From a candidate division FCPU426 bacterium (GTDB taxonomy: Bacteria; Oederibacteriota; Muellerivitia; Muellerivitales; Muellerivitaceae): a stretch of DNA of 64,000 bases. The notes under the pieces were generated by a model. The model searched no databases. It was given only the letters and a program-made list of their open reading frames with translations, and was not told the origin of the DNA. The first letter of the stretch is position 1. Every line of letters begins with the position of its first letter. Positions 1 through 10,600 of the stretch are shown in pieces. A program made the position numbers and the translations under genes. The stretch covers positions 1,216,001 to 1,280,000 of the forward strand of contig CAWCKJ010000004.1 of assembly GCA_963796105.1 (NCBI GenBank). Reading direction: 5' to 3'.

Positions 1-1
1 A

Positions 2-574
2 GGCAATACGCCGTTAGACCCGGATGAAGTGGAGGGTTTAATACCCCTTCATGTCACCACGCAAGGGGAACTCAACGAAGTGGAGCAGGCGAATATTTTG
101 GAAGCCATGGCCTGGTCGACCGGCCGTGACCACGCTGATATCCTGACGGATTCATACCTCCGCGAACTTCATAAAAGGATGTTTAAGGATGTCTGGAAAT
201 GGGCGGGGAAGTACCGCCAGAGCCTCAAAAACGTTGGAGTGTCCGCGAATCAAATCCCGGCCGAGGTCAAGAAACTTTGCGAGGACACCCAATATTGGAT
301 TCAGAATAAAACTTATTCCTGGGATGAAATAGGGGTTAGGTTTCATCACCGTCTTGTTTCAATCCATCCTTTTCCAAATGGGAATGGCCGTCATGCCCGT
401 TTGGCTACGGATCTAATGTTGAGAGCCAATGGGCAAAAACCTTTCAATTGGGGAGGAGAATCCTCGGGCGCCTCAATCGACGCGGCTGGAACAACTCGCG
501 GACTTTATATAGCCGCGCTTAAGGCTGCGGATCGGGGAAATTTTAATCTTTTATTGGCGTTTGTGAGAAGTTGA
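2..574 (+). CDS. Fic-domain protein, mobile mystery protein B type (5'-truncated by window edge)
   Basis: Fic motif HPFPNGNGRHAR; the frame stays open to the window edge, giving GNTPLDPDEVEGLIP..ELNEVEQANI, the typical N-terminus of this family. Confidence 0.85.
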   Translation, partial: GNTPLDPDEVEGLIPLHVTTQGELNEVEQANILEAMAWSTGRDHADILTDSYLRELHKRMFKDVWKWAGKYRQSLKNVGVSANQIPAEVKKLCEDTQYWIQNKTYSWDEIGVRFHHRLVSIHPFPNGNGRHARLATDLMLRANGQKPFNWGGESSGASIDAAGTTRGLYIAALKAADRGNFNLLLAFVRS

Positions 575-670
575 CGATACACCGTGAAATGAGCTTTTTA
601 AAAGCAAAGTATGACCTAATTTCCCGGGAAGTTTCATCAATAGTTTCTAATATCAATTAAGGAGGCGGAG

Positions 671-1756
671 ATGAAGGCATTGATGTTCTTAGTTACGATG
701 GCGGGGGCGAGCCTCTGCGCTGCTCAGACCCAATATGTGAAGGACATGGACGGGAAGGATTATTTCCCGATCGGCGTGAACTACGCCTGGAAGGACTGGG
801 GCGTGGATTTCGCGGACCAGGGATGGGACCAGCGTTTTGGGAAGATCCAGGCGGATTTTGACCTGATGAAGTCGCGGGGCGTGCGAACCCTGCGCTGGTG
901 GGTCTTCACCGATTTCGTGACCTCTCCCTTATGGGAGGGCGTGGGGACGGAGCGCCGCTGTACGGGCCTGCCAGAGGGATGGGTGAAGAATTTCATGAAG
1001 GCGGTGGAGGCGGCCCACGCGAGGGGCATCCGGCTTTATCCCGTTTTCTCGTCCTTTGACCTAGGCCGCAAGGGCTTCATGGAGGTGGTCTTGGACAAGG
1101 CCGTCCGAAAGAGCTTCATCGAGAAGGCGGTTCGGCCCCTGCTCAAGGCCGCTGGCAACAACGAGGGCATTTTCGCCTGGGACATCATCAACGAACCGGA
1201 ATGGCTGGTGCGCCACGAGGACGGCGGCGACCCGAACAAGGAGCTTACCCACGCGCCGGCCACGCTCGCCGAACTGCGGGAATACATCACGGATATGGCC
1301 AAGGAGATCCACGCGAGGGCCAAGCAGCCCGTGAGCCTGGGAAGCGCCGGCCTGAAATGGTGCGGCTGGCAGTATGACTTTTTCTCGGGCCTAGGGCTCG
1401 ACTTCTTCGACGCGCACTATTACGACTGGATGACCCCCTGGTTCGACGTCACGACCATCCCCAAGGCGAGCCTGGCGAAAATGAACGCCGAGTACGCCGC
1501 CAAGCCGGTCATCGTGGGGGAGTGCATTTCCCAGCCGGAGACCCAGTACACGGGCAAGAACAAGCCCACGGACCATTTCCGATTCCTTCAGGCCATAATA
1601 AAGATGGGCTATGCCGGTTACCTGCCCTGGGCCTGGGATGAGAAGCCCGAGTTGGACTGCTCCAAGTCCATCGACCCCCACCTCAACCGCGCGTTGAAGG
1701 AACTGAAGCTTCCCGGCCAGGCTCCCCCAGAGGAACCGACAAAATCAAATCCTTAG
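671..1756 (+). CDS. Secreted GH5-like (clan GH-A) glycoside hydrolase, possible mannanase/endoglucanase
   Basis: Signal peptide; GVNYAW, LRWW, WDIINEPEW acid/base, HYY, VIVGE nucleophile, PWAW; RBS AAGGAGG. Confidence 0.8.
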   Translation: MKALMFLVTMAGASLCAAQTQYVKDMDGKDYFPIGVNYAWKDWGVDFADQGWDQRFGKIQADFDLMKSRGVRTLRWWVFTDFVTSPLWEGVGTERRCTGLPEGWVKNFMKAVEAAHARGIRLYPVFSSFDLGRKGFMEVVLDKAVRKSFIEKAVRPLLKAAGNNEGIFAWDIINEPEWLVRHEDGGDPNKELTHAPATLAELREYITDMAKEIHARAKQPVSLGSAGLKWCGWQYDFFSGLGLDFFDAHYYDWMTPWFDVTTIPKASLAKMNAEYAAKPVIVGECISQPETQYTGKNKPTDHFRFLQAIIKMGYAGYLPWAWDEKPELDCSKSIDPHLNRALKELKLPGQAPPEEPTKSNP

Positions 1757-1848
1757 CCACGGATTCAGGGGATACATGGGATTTTAAAAAATAAATTTAA
1801 AGTCTTTTTCTATGGCCTATCCGAGTGCATCCCATGCATCCGTGGCAA
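1753..1848. repeat. Long imperfect palindrome (TTAGCCACGGAT...ATCCGTGGCAAA) with AT-rich loop
   Basis: GCCACGGAT/ATCCGTGGC arms plus inner CATGGGAT/ATCCCATG complementarity. Confidence 0.65.
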
Positions 1849-1921
1849 AAGATTATTTTGGACAGGGGTAAGTTTTATCTATTCCATAACAAGCTTTGAC
1901 GTCCAGTCCGGGGAGCAAATT

Positions 1922-2989
1922 GTGAAACAGTGGGGTTGGGACGAATATTTCGAGAACTTATGGAAGGAACTGGACCCGTCCGGGGGGATGATTCCCGGGC
2001 GGGTCCTCGCCGAACACCGGGACCTGTATGGGCTTGTGACCCCCTATGGGGAACACCCGGCGCGCCTGTCGGGCCGTTTCAAGCATGACACCAAGTTCCG
2101 TTCCGAGATGCCGGCAGTGGGCGACTGGGTGGCCGTTGAGCTGGCGGATGGCGGCAAGCAGTTGGTCATCCACGCGGTCCTGCCGCGCAGGTCGAAATTC
2201 TCCCGGAAAGTGGCAGGCCGCCGGGTCGAGGAGCAGGTGGTAGCCGACAACGTGGACACGGCTTTCCTGGTGACGGGTCTCGACGGCGATTTCAACCTCC
2301 GCCGCATCGAGCGCTACCTGGTCCTCGAGCACGCCAGCGGCGCCTCGCCCGTGATCGTCCTCACCAAATCCGACCTGCATCAGGATTACGCGCCTTTCGT
2401 CGCGGAAGTCGAGGCGGTCGCGTCAGGCGAGCCGGTCCTGGCGCTCAGCAATGTGACCGGCGCCGGCTTCGCGGGACTGGAACAACACCTCATTCCGGGG
2501 CGCACGGTCACGCTCCTAGGTTCCTCGGGAGCGGGAAAATCCAGCATGATCAACCGGCTATTGGGCCATGAGAAACAGGCGGTGCTGCCGGTGCGGGTGA
2601 ACGATTCGCGCGGAAGACACACTACCACCCACCGGGAGCTTTTCATGCTGCCCAACGGCGCCCTGATCATCGACAATCCCGGAATGCGGGAACTCCAATT
2701 GTGGGGGTCCGAGGGGCTGGACGACGCATTCTCCGATATAAGCGATTTGGCGGAAAAATGCGGATTCAGCGATTGCCTGCATGAGAAGGAACCAGGGTGC
2801 GCGGTCCGGGAGGCCCTGAAGGACGGAAGACTGCCGGAAGACCGTTATAAGGGTTACTTGAAGTTGAGGAAAGAACAGGCCTATGTCGAGCGGAGGACGG
2901 ACAAGAAGGCCATGCAGGAACATAAGAAACGCTGGAAGAATATGGCCCGCCTGGACAAGGACAACAAACGGTTTAAGAAAAACCGCTGA
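1922..2989 (+). CDS. rsgA: Ribosome small subunit-dependent GTPase A
   Basis: OB fold (PAVGDWV), TKSD, GSSGAGKSS, GRHTTT, IDNPGMRE, C-terminal CGFSDCLHEKEPGC zinc finger. Confidence 0.93.
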   Translation: MKQWGWDEYFENLWKELDPSGGMIPGRVLAEHRDLYGLVTPYGEHPARLSGRFKHDTKFRSEMPAVGDWVAVELADGGKQLVIHAVLPRRSKFSRKVAGRRVEEQVVADNVDTAFLVTGLDGDFNLRRIERYLVLEHASGASPVIVLTKSDLHQDYAPFVAEVEAVASGEPVLALSNVTGAGFAGLEQHLIPGRTVTLLGSSGAGKSSMINRLLGHEKQAVLPVRVNDSRGRHTTTHRELFMLPNGALIIDNPGMRELQLWGSEGLDDAFSDISDLAEKCGFSDCLHEKEPGCAVREALKDGRLPEDRYKGYLKLRKEQAYVERRTDKKAMQEHKKRWKNMARLDKDNKRFKKNR

Positions 2990-3085
2990 ACCCGGGTTGG
3001 ATTATGGTATTGAATACCGCAAAGGGAATTGAAGCTTCCCGATCAGGTATCGCCTGAGATATTGGGCGGATTTCGAGAGGTGTGA

Positions 3086-5560
3086 ATGAAATTTTTTTGT
3101 TTTTTACCGGCCATGGCTTTGGCGGGTGCAGGCTTTACGGTTTACGCGGCCACTGCGGACGGGCCAATAAGTCAAACACAGACGCAGTACGTAAAAAATA
3201 TCGAAAAGCAGGTGAAGCCAATGGTGAAAATGAAAGCTTTTCCTTTCAAGACTGGGCAAGTGCGGCTGTTGCAGGGACCCTTCCAACACGCCCAGGAGTT
3301 GGACCGGCAGTATTTGTTGAAGCTTGACCCGGACCGCCTGCTAGCACCCTTTTACGAGGCGGCGGGCTTGAAATCCAAAAAACCGCGTTACGGCGGGTGG
3401 GAATCCAGGACGATCAGCGGCCACATCCTGGGGCATTGGCTTTCGGGCGCCTCGCGGATGGCCGCCGTCACCGACGACAAGGAATTAAAGCGGCGGGTGG
3501 ACTACGCCGTTTCCGAGTTGTCCTCCTTGCAGGAAAAATCGTCCGACGGATATGTTTGCGGTTTCGCTGAGACGCCGTTTCAAACGGTCTTCACGGGCGA
3601 TTTCACGGTGAACGATTATGAACTGGCGGGACATTGGGTGCCCTGGTACACCCTGCATAAGATTATGGCTGGGCTTTTGGACGCTTATGAAATATCCGGC
3701 AACCGCCAGGCATTGGAAGTGGTGAAAAAGCTGGCCGATTGGGCCAAAAGAGGGACGGACCACCTGAACGAAAAACAATTCCAACGCATGCTTCGCTGTG
3801 AGCACGGGGGAATGGCCGAAAGCCTCGCGGAACTTTACTCGGTGACGGAGGAACGCAGGTACATCGCCCTGGCCAAACGGTTCACCGACCGCCGCATCCT
3901 GGACCCCCTCTCGAAGTCAAAAGACAAGCTGACCGGCCTTCACGCCAACACCCAGGTGCCCAAGCTGGTCGGCGCGGCCAGGATTTACGAATTGACTGGG
4001 GACCGTTATTACCGGGACGCGGCGAGGTTCTTTTGGAAAGAAGTCACCGGGAAGCGCTCCTATGCCTTCGGTGGAAACAGCATCGGGGAGCATTTTTCGC
4101 CCTTGGGCGCGGAACCCCTGGGTGCGACCACAGCTGAGACTTGCAACACGCATAACATGCTTCGGCTGACCGATAAGCTGATGGGCTGGAGCGAGGATTC
4201 CGCTTTGGCGGATTATTACGAACTCGCGCTCTATAACCATATCCTGGCCTCGCAGGACCCGGACACCGGCATGACCACTTACTTTTTTTCCACGAAACCG
4301 GGCCACTTCAAGGTCTATTGCACGCCCTTTGATTCCATGTGGTGCTGTACGGGAACAGGCATGGAAAATCCGGCCAGGACCACCGAGGCGGTTTACTTTC
4401 ACTCTGACAACACCCTTTGGGTGAACCTTTATCTGGCCTCCGAATTGCGATGGGAGGAGAAGGGCCTGGTTCTGCGCCAGGAAACTAATTTTCCAGAAGA
4501 AGCGAAAACAAGGTTTAAGGTCGTGAATGCCGGCGGGGAAGAGTTGGAATTTAAGCTCCGCGTGCCAGCCTGGGCGGCCGGGCCCGTCGTAGTCAGCGTC
4601 AATGGCAAGCAGGTTCAAGAAGGTAGAAAACCCGGTTGGATCACGGTCAAGCGCCGCTGGGAAAAGGGCGATGTCGCGGAAATTTCCCTGCCGATGGGGC
4701 TCCATCTGCGCCGGGCCTCGGATGACCCGGCCAAAGTCGCGGTGTTGTACGGTCCCATTGTCCTGGCGGCGGAAGCCGGCCGGAAGGATTTTCCAGCGAG
4801 CGACCAGTTCAAGGAACAGAACGATCCCAACGATTATCCGGCGCCCCTGGTTCCGGTGATGGTGAGCGCGGACGAAGACCCAGCAGCTTGGCTTAAGCCC
4901 GTGAAGGGAAAAAAGCTCACGTTCAAGACGGCGGGGGTGTGCCGGCCCGCCGACGTGGAGTTGATCCCCCTCTACCGATTGCACCACCAGCGCTATACGG
5001 GTTATCTCCACCTGGCGACGCCGGCGGAATGGGAAACCGAGAAAAGGTCATGGGGCGGCGAGTCGGCGGCGCTGGCCTCTTGGATCGCGCCACCGGCGGG
5101 TGCCCCCTCGGCCACCTGGCGCGTGCGCGCCGGCGGGGACGCCTACCGGGATAAGGACAGGAAACTTTGGTCGGCGGAAAAGGGATTCCTGGGGGGAACC
5201 CCCACCTACACCGACCGGCCCCTGGAGGCAATAAAGGACGCCGAACTTTACCGGGGCGAGCGCTGGGGCGCCGATTTCAGCTACGTCTTTCCGGTTCCAC
5301 CTGGCTCCTACCGCGTCCGGCTCAAGTTCATGGAAAATTACGTGAAGAAACAGGGGGAACGGTTGTTCGACGTGTTCATCAACGGCCAAAAAAAGCTGGA
5401 GAATTTCGATATCCTCGCCGAGGCGGGGGGCTTTGATAAGGCTGTGGATAGGTCTTTTAAGGGTATCGTGCCGGACACAGACGGGTTGATCAAAATCAGG
5501 TTCGTTGGAAAAACGCAAAACGCCAAGGTCTGCGCCATCGAGGTGGTGCGAGGGAATTGA
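3086..5560 (+). CDS. GH127/GH146 beta-L-arabinofuranosidase-like enzyme with C-terminal malectin domain
   Basis: YGGWE, GHILGHWLS, PWYTLHK, EHGGM, HANTQVPK, ETCNTHNM, WCCTGTGME; malectin tail (WRVRAGG...QNAKVCAIEVVR). Confidence 0.88.
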   Translation: MKFFCFLPAMALAGAGFTVYAATADGPISQTQTQYVKNIEKQVKPMVKMKAFPFKTGQVRLLQGPFQHAQELDRQYLLKLDPDRLLAPFYEAAGLKSKKPRYGGWESRTISGHILGHWLSGASRMAAVTDDKELKRRVDYAVSELSSLQEKSSDGYVCGFAETPFQTVFTGDFTVNDYELAGHWVPWYTLHKIMAGLLDAYEISGNRQALEVVKKLADWAKRGTDHLNEKQFQRMLRCEHGGMAESLAELYSVTEERRYIALAKRFTDRRILDPLSKSKDKLTGLHANTQVPKLVGAARIYELTGDRYYRDAARFFWKEVTGKRSYAFGGNSIGEHFSPLGAEPLGATTAETCNTHNMLRLTDKLMGWSEDSALADYYELALYNHILASQDPDTGMTTYFFSTKPGHFKVYCTPFDSMWCCTGTGMENPARTTEAVYFHSDNTLWVNLYLASELRWEEKGLVLRQETNFPEEAKTRFKVVNAGGEELEFKLRVPAWAAGPVVVSVNGKQVQEGRKPGWITVKRRWEKGDVAEISLPMGLHLRRASDDPAKVAVLYGPIVLAAEAGRKDFPASDQFKEQNDPNDYPAPLVPVMVSADEDPAAWLKPVKGKKLTFKTAGVCRPADVELIPLYRLHHQRYTGYLHLATPAEWETEKRSWGGESAALASWIAPPAGAPSATWRVRAGGDAYRDKDRKLWSAEKGFLGGTPTYTDRPLEAIKDAELYRGERWGADFSYVFPVPPGSYRVRLKFMENYVKKQGERLFDVFINGQKKLENFDILAEAGGFDKAVDRSFKGIVPDTDGLIKIRFVGKTQNAKVCAIEVVRGN

Positions 5561-5665
5561 ACCTATTTTCTTGCGAAGGAAGGACTTCGTCTCAAACCTT
5601 GGGCCGCTGCTACCTTTTAAATTCGGGATTGCTTTCGATCTTTACCCTATAGAAACAAAACACTC

Positions 5666-7495
5666 TCAATTTTTATTTTCCCCGCGGCTGTACTTTCGTG
5701 GGGAGATCTTTAAATTTCTTCCAAAGAATTGAACCAGTGAACTGGCCGAGCTGAACCCGCATTCCTGGGCGATCCGTTCCAGGGTCAAATTTCCCTCCCG
5801 CAAAAGGTCTTTGGCTTTTTCAAGCCTGGCCTTACGGATATAAGGCCCCAAAGACATGCCCGTGATCTTTTTAAACCACTTCAGGAAAGTCGGGATGGAC
5901 AACCCCGCGCGCTTACTCAAGGCCGCGAGGCGCCAGGGCTGGCCCGGGTCCCGGTTGATTCCCGAGAGGATCGAATCCAACCGGGCGGCCACGGACGCTT
6001 CCCGGGGTTTGTCCTGGTAACGCATCAAGGCGTCCACCACCCCTCGGAAAGCCGCCACTAAATCCGGAAAGGTATAGGCTGATTCCAGGCGGTGAATCAT
6101 ATCCTTTCCCAGGGTTCTGGCCACCGCCGGTTCCAACGCGGAACGGCGCTCAACCTGTTCCAGCAGCATATGAAGTACGGACAACATGTAGGCCCGCGAA
6201 ATCTCGGGGCCATATCCGGTATAAAGCAACTGCCGAATGAAGCGTTCCCGGGCGAGTGCCAGTTGGGTCGTGGAGGATCGCGCCAGGGATTCCGATAGGT
6301 TCCGAATCAGGCCGCGCAATCCGGCGGTAGACATGATTTCCGGCTGGAGGTCCATGGTCTCGGAAAATACCAGGGTTTTCCCCGCTTGGACAGCCGAGTG
6401 AAGCGAAGTGACGGCCTCACGGTAGGACTTGGTCAGGTTCTCGCCCCCCGGGATGATGGAGCCGATACCCGCCAGGACTTTCGTGTGAAGATTTTTTTCA
6501 AGGTTTTTACAAAGAGCTTGGATTTTTTCCCGGATTTCCAAACGGGCTTGGACCTTGGACAGCTCTGGTTTCGCGGAGGTCAATACGATGGCGCCATAAT
6601 CTCCCAGGGGGCGGGAGGTGGTCTCGGGAATTTTACGGGCCGCAAGGTAGCATTCGTGCTGGAAGCTCCGGGCCAGGCAGAGGATATCCAGTGTCCCGGC
6701 CCGCATTTCGGGCTTTTGCGGCATCAGGGCGGCAACGACGGTGGGCATCCGGCTGACGCCCATTTCCTCCCTCGTCCATTCAGGAAGCCTGTAACCCTTT
6801 TCCGGCTTGGCGAAGAACTTGTCTATGCCGATAGCCCAATCCACCCAGTAAGGGTGCGGCAGGCGGCGCGCGAAGACCTCCACCCGGAGGCGGTTGAGTT
6901 CCCGGATGATCCCGGGGGTTTCCTCCCCGGCCATCCATTGCGAGAAAAGCTCCAGAAGGCGGCTGCAACCCGCAAGGCCTTCCTGATCCAGGATGGGGGT
7001 GTTGAGCGCCACCTGGACGTAATGCAGGAAATCAGGGTTCAGGTCAGAGCCTTCCACCCCGGTCAGGTTTTTCCAGTGCTTACGGAGGGTTTCCGGCGTG
7101 GGGCACTTGTCGAGCACAGGGCCGGACACGAAGAAACCGTCGCAACGACCTTCCACCAGGAACGGCGTGAAAAAATCCACATAGTCGCCGAAGCGCGAGA
7201 TGACGGGGCGTTTCTCCCGTAAAAGCCGATCGAAATTCTGCTGGAGGTAGGAATCCCGCTTGCTGATCTTGCCGAAATATTCCTCGAAATGGGAAGGTTG
7301 GAGATATTGTTTGGTGGGGAAAATAAGCGTCCAGCTGTTCCTGTTATAAGCGGAAACAAAAAGGCAAAGCCGTCCAAGATTCAGGTTGAAAAGGACTTGG
7401 ATGATGCTGAAGGCTTCCAGCCGCCCTGGCACAGGCTGTTGAAAAGTGGGTTGTTGAGACATGTTTTTCCCGGGGAAATTTTCCAGTTTAATCAC
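5666..7495 (-). CDS. Long AraC-family regulator with N-terminal sensor and CdaR/GGDEF-like middle region
   Basis: C-terminal AraC HTH (RLEKAKDLL...ERIAQECGFSS...ISPRKY); AGIGS...SYREA segment; paralog of 23838..25679; divergent from a GH74 gene. Confidence 0.85.
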   Translation of the reverse strand: MIKLENFPGKNMSQQPTFQQPVPGRLEAFSIIQVLFNLNLGRLCLFVSAYNRNSWTLIFPTKQYLQPSHFEEYFGKISKRDSYLQQNFDRLLREKRPVISRFGDYVDFFTPFLVEGRCDGFFVSGPVLDKCPTPETLRKHWKNLTGVEGSDLNPDFLHYVQVALNTPILDQEGLAGCSRLLELFSQWMAGEETPGIIRELNRLRVEVFARRLPHPYWVDWAIGIDKFFAKPEKGYRLPEWTREEMGVSRMPTVVAALMPQKPEMRAGTLDILCLARSFQHECYLAARKIPETTSRPLGDYGAIVLTSAKPELSKVQARLEIREKIQALCKNLEKNLHTKVLAGIGSIIPGGENLTKSYREAVTSLHSAVQAGKTLVFSETMDLQPEIMSTAGLRGLIRNLSESLARSSTTQLALARERFIRQLLYTGYGPEISRAYMLSVLHMLLEQVERRSALEPAVARTLGKDMIHRLESAYTFPDLVAAFRGVVDALMRYQDKPREASVAARLDSILSGINRDPGQPWRLAALSKRAGLSIPTFLKWFKKITGMSLGPYIRKARLEKAKDLLREGNLTLERIAQECGFSSASSLVQFFGRNLKISPRKYSRGENKN

Positions 7496-7653
7496 TCGAA
7501 TGAATTGTTTTCAGTGAGTTTCAAGTGATTTTCTTTCACTGAAGCGTTTTATTGTTTATAAACTATAATTTAACTTATTATAAATCTATTTCCTTAACTT
7601 TAGGTATCCTTCTGTTAAGAAACTATCCTTGTGCTGACACATAAGGCGATGAC

Positions 7654-10600
7654 ATGGTGTTGAAAAATTTCTTAAAAAGAAACAATTTTCAGTCTTTCCA
7701 CGCCGTCCACTTCCGCGGGATGGTTCCCATTCTCTTGTTCGCCCTATTGTCCCTGCCTTCTTCTTTATTATCCCAAACCTATACGTGGAGCAACGTTACG
7801 GTGCCTGCCGGGGGATTTGTGGCAGGCATTGATTACAGCCCCGTTTCCCAGGGTCTTCTTTACGCCCGCACCGACATGGGCGGTTTTTACCGTTGGGATA
7901 ACACTAACAGTGTCTGGATCCCCTTAACCGACATGTACGGGACCAGCCAATACACTTATTTCGGCGGGGAAAGCATCGCCCCCGATCCCAAGAACGGCAA
8001 TGTGGTCTACGCCGCGGCGGGAATGTATGAGACAAACGGCGACGGCGTCATCCTCAGTTCCACCAACCAAGGCAACAGTTGGACCGTCAACACCATCGCC
8101 GTTTCCATGGGAGGGAACAACGACGGGCGCGAGGCCGGGGAACGCCTGGCGGTGGATCCCAACCTGACCTCCACCCTTTATTTTGCCTCCCGTAGCCAGG
8201 GTCTTTGGAAAAGCACCAACACCGCGGCAAGCTGGGCTCAAATTTCCTTCCCTGTAAACGGCGACGCCGGGTACGGCCTGAGTTACGTTATCTTCGACAC
8301 CCACGGCACTTCCGGCACGGCTTCCGCGACCATCTATGTCGGGGTGGATGCCATGAACTCAGGGAACAGCAATCTCTACCGGTCCACGAACGCCGGCTCC
8401 AGTTGGACCCTCATCACCGGCGGCCCCACCAACATGATCACTCCCCACGCCTCCCTCGGAACCGACGGAACTTTGTGGGTCGTTTATGACAGCGGCGGAT
8501 ACGGCCCCAACAACATCACCACCGGGCAGGTTTGGAAGCTGAACACAGCCACCCTGGCCTGGACGAATGTCACCCCGCCGGGCCCAGCCGGCGGAAGCGG
8601 AGGTTACGGCGGGATTTGCGTGGACTCGGAAAGCGTCAGCCATGTGGTGGTTTCCACCCTGGATTGGTGGGGCGGGCCGGACAAAATCTTCAATACCACA
8701 AACGCCGGGAGCGCATGGACCACCATCGGAAACGAGAACGTCGGTTGGAACGCGGCTCCTTTCGCCACGTACAACCTCAACAGCGCTGAATGGACCCTTT
8801 TCTGCGGAACCAACGCTGGAGGAACTGGCTGGCAGGGGGATGTCAAGATCGACCCCTTCAATTCCAACAACGCCATCTACACGACGGGCGGCGGGGTTTG
8901 GAGCAGCACGGATATCCTCAACGCCACGACGTCCGCCATCACCTGGACCTTCACCGACTACGGCCTGGAAGAAACCGCGGTGACGGACATGATCACTTCG
9001 GCGCCCGGCGGGATTTTTTTCAGCGCTTTCGGCGATATCGGCGGTATGCGCCATCCCAACCTGACACAATCCCCCTCGCTTGGAATGTACTGTACCCCCG
9101 AATTCACCAATACGAACGGCATCGATTTCGCCGAATCCGCCCCCAATACGCTGGTGCGGGTTGGAAACTCGGGCGCCATCACGACGGACGGCGCCTACTC
9201 GACGAATAACGGCCAGTCGTGGACCGCCATGGCGACCCTTCCGGAAACGGCGTATAACGAAATGCAATCCGTGGCCATTTCCGCGAACGGTCTAACGATA
9301 TTAGCGGTTCCCTACAGTGGGCATGGGAATCCCAGTTATTCCAGTAATTTCGGCTCCAGTTGGACGGCCAGTTCGGGTCTTCCCGCGGGGGCCCAAATCG
9401 CCTCGGACAGGGTTGATTCGAATATTTTCTACGGCCTTTCCGGCACGACCCTTTATGTCAGCACCAACGGCGGGTCCAGCTTCTCCAGCGCGGGGACCTA
9501 CGCGGGAAGCATCTCTTGGGATAACCGGCCCCGGCCCGTTTTTGGGATCGCCGGAGAAGTTTGGGTGCCAACCAGTACCGGCCTTTATCGTTTCACGAAT
9601 GTGGGCCTTGGCACGGTCACCACCACCCAAATCGCGAATGTTTCCAACGCCATCAATGTGGGTTTCGGCAAAGCCGACACCGGCTACACCCACCCGGCGG
9701 TATACCTGGTTGGGACAGTGAGCGGAACTTACGGTTTCTTCCGTTGCGACGACGGGGTCGGCACCACTTGGACCCGCATCAATGACGCCAACCACCAGTT
9801 CGGCGCCGCTGAGTTCGCCGCGGGGGATGAGACAGTTTACGGGCGGATGTACGTTGGGACGAACGGCCGGGGCATACTTCACGGTGATATCTCCACTTCA
9901 GGCAACACCCCGACATTTACCTTTACCCCGACCCGGACTTTTTCCCCTACAGCAACAGGCACTTCAACCTATACCCGTACCAACACTCCGACCAGCACGC
10001 TCACGAATACTCCCACCAGAACTTTTTCCCCCACGGCGACTTTGACCAGCACCCCCACCAGGACTTTCACCCCGACATCCACCATCACGAACACTCAAAC
10101 CAACACTTCGACGAATACCAGGACGAATACGCCGACTAACACTTCCACCCCAACGCCGACCCTGACTTCCACTAATACCCGGACTAATACCCCGACTTAT
10201 TCAGTAACCAACACTCCCACAAATACCGCGACTAGCACCCCTACCCCGTCGCGGACGAACACCCCCACCAACACTTCTACCAATACGGCAACTTTCACCC
10301 CCACCCCGACCAGGACAAATACACCGACTAATACAGCCACGGCAACCCTGACGAACACCTCCACCAACACTGCCACCTATTCGACGACATCCACGTTCAC
10401 CCCAACCCGAACGAATACCGCCACCAATACCCCTACAGCCACATTGACGAATAGCCCTACCAACACCGCCACGTATACAGCGACACCCACTTCCACTCCG
10501 ACAAGGACAAACACATCCACCAATACGGTGACATTTACTCCCTCAAATACCCAAACAAATACAGCTACACCTTCAGCTACGCAAACTCCAACCCAAACAC

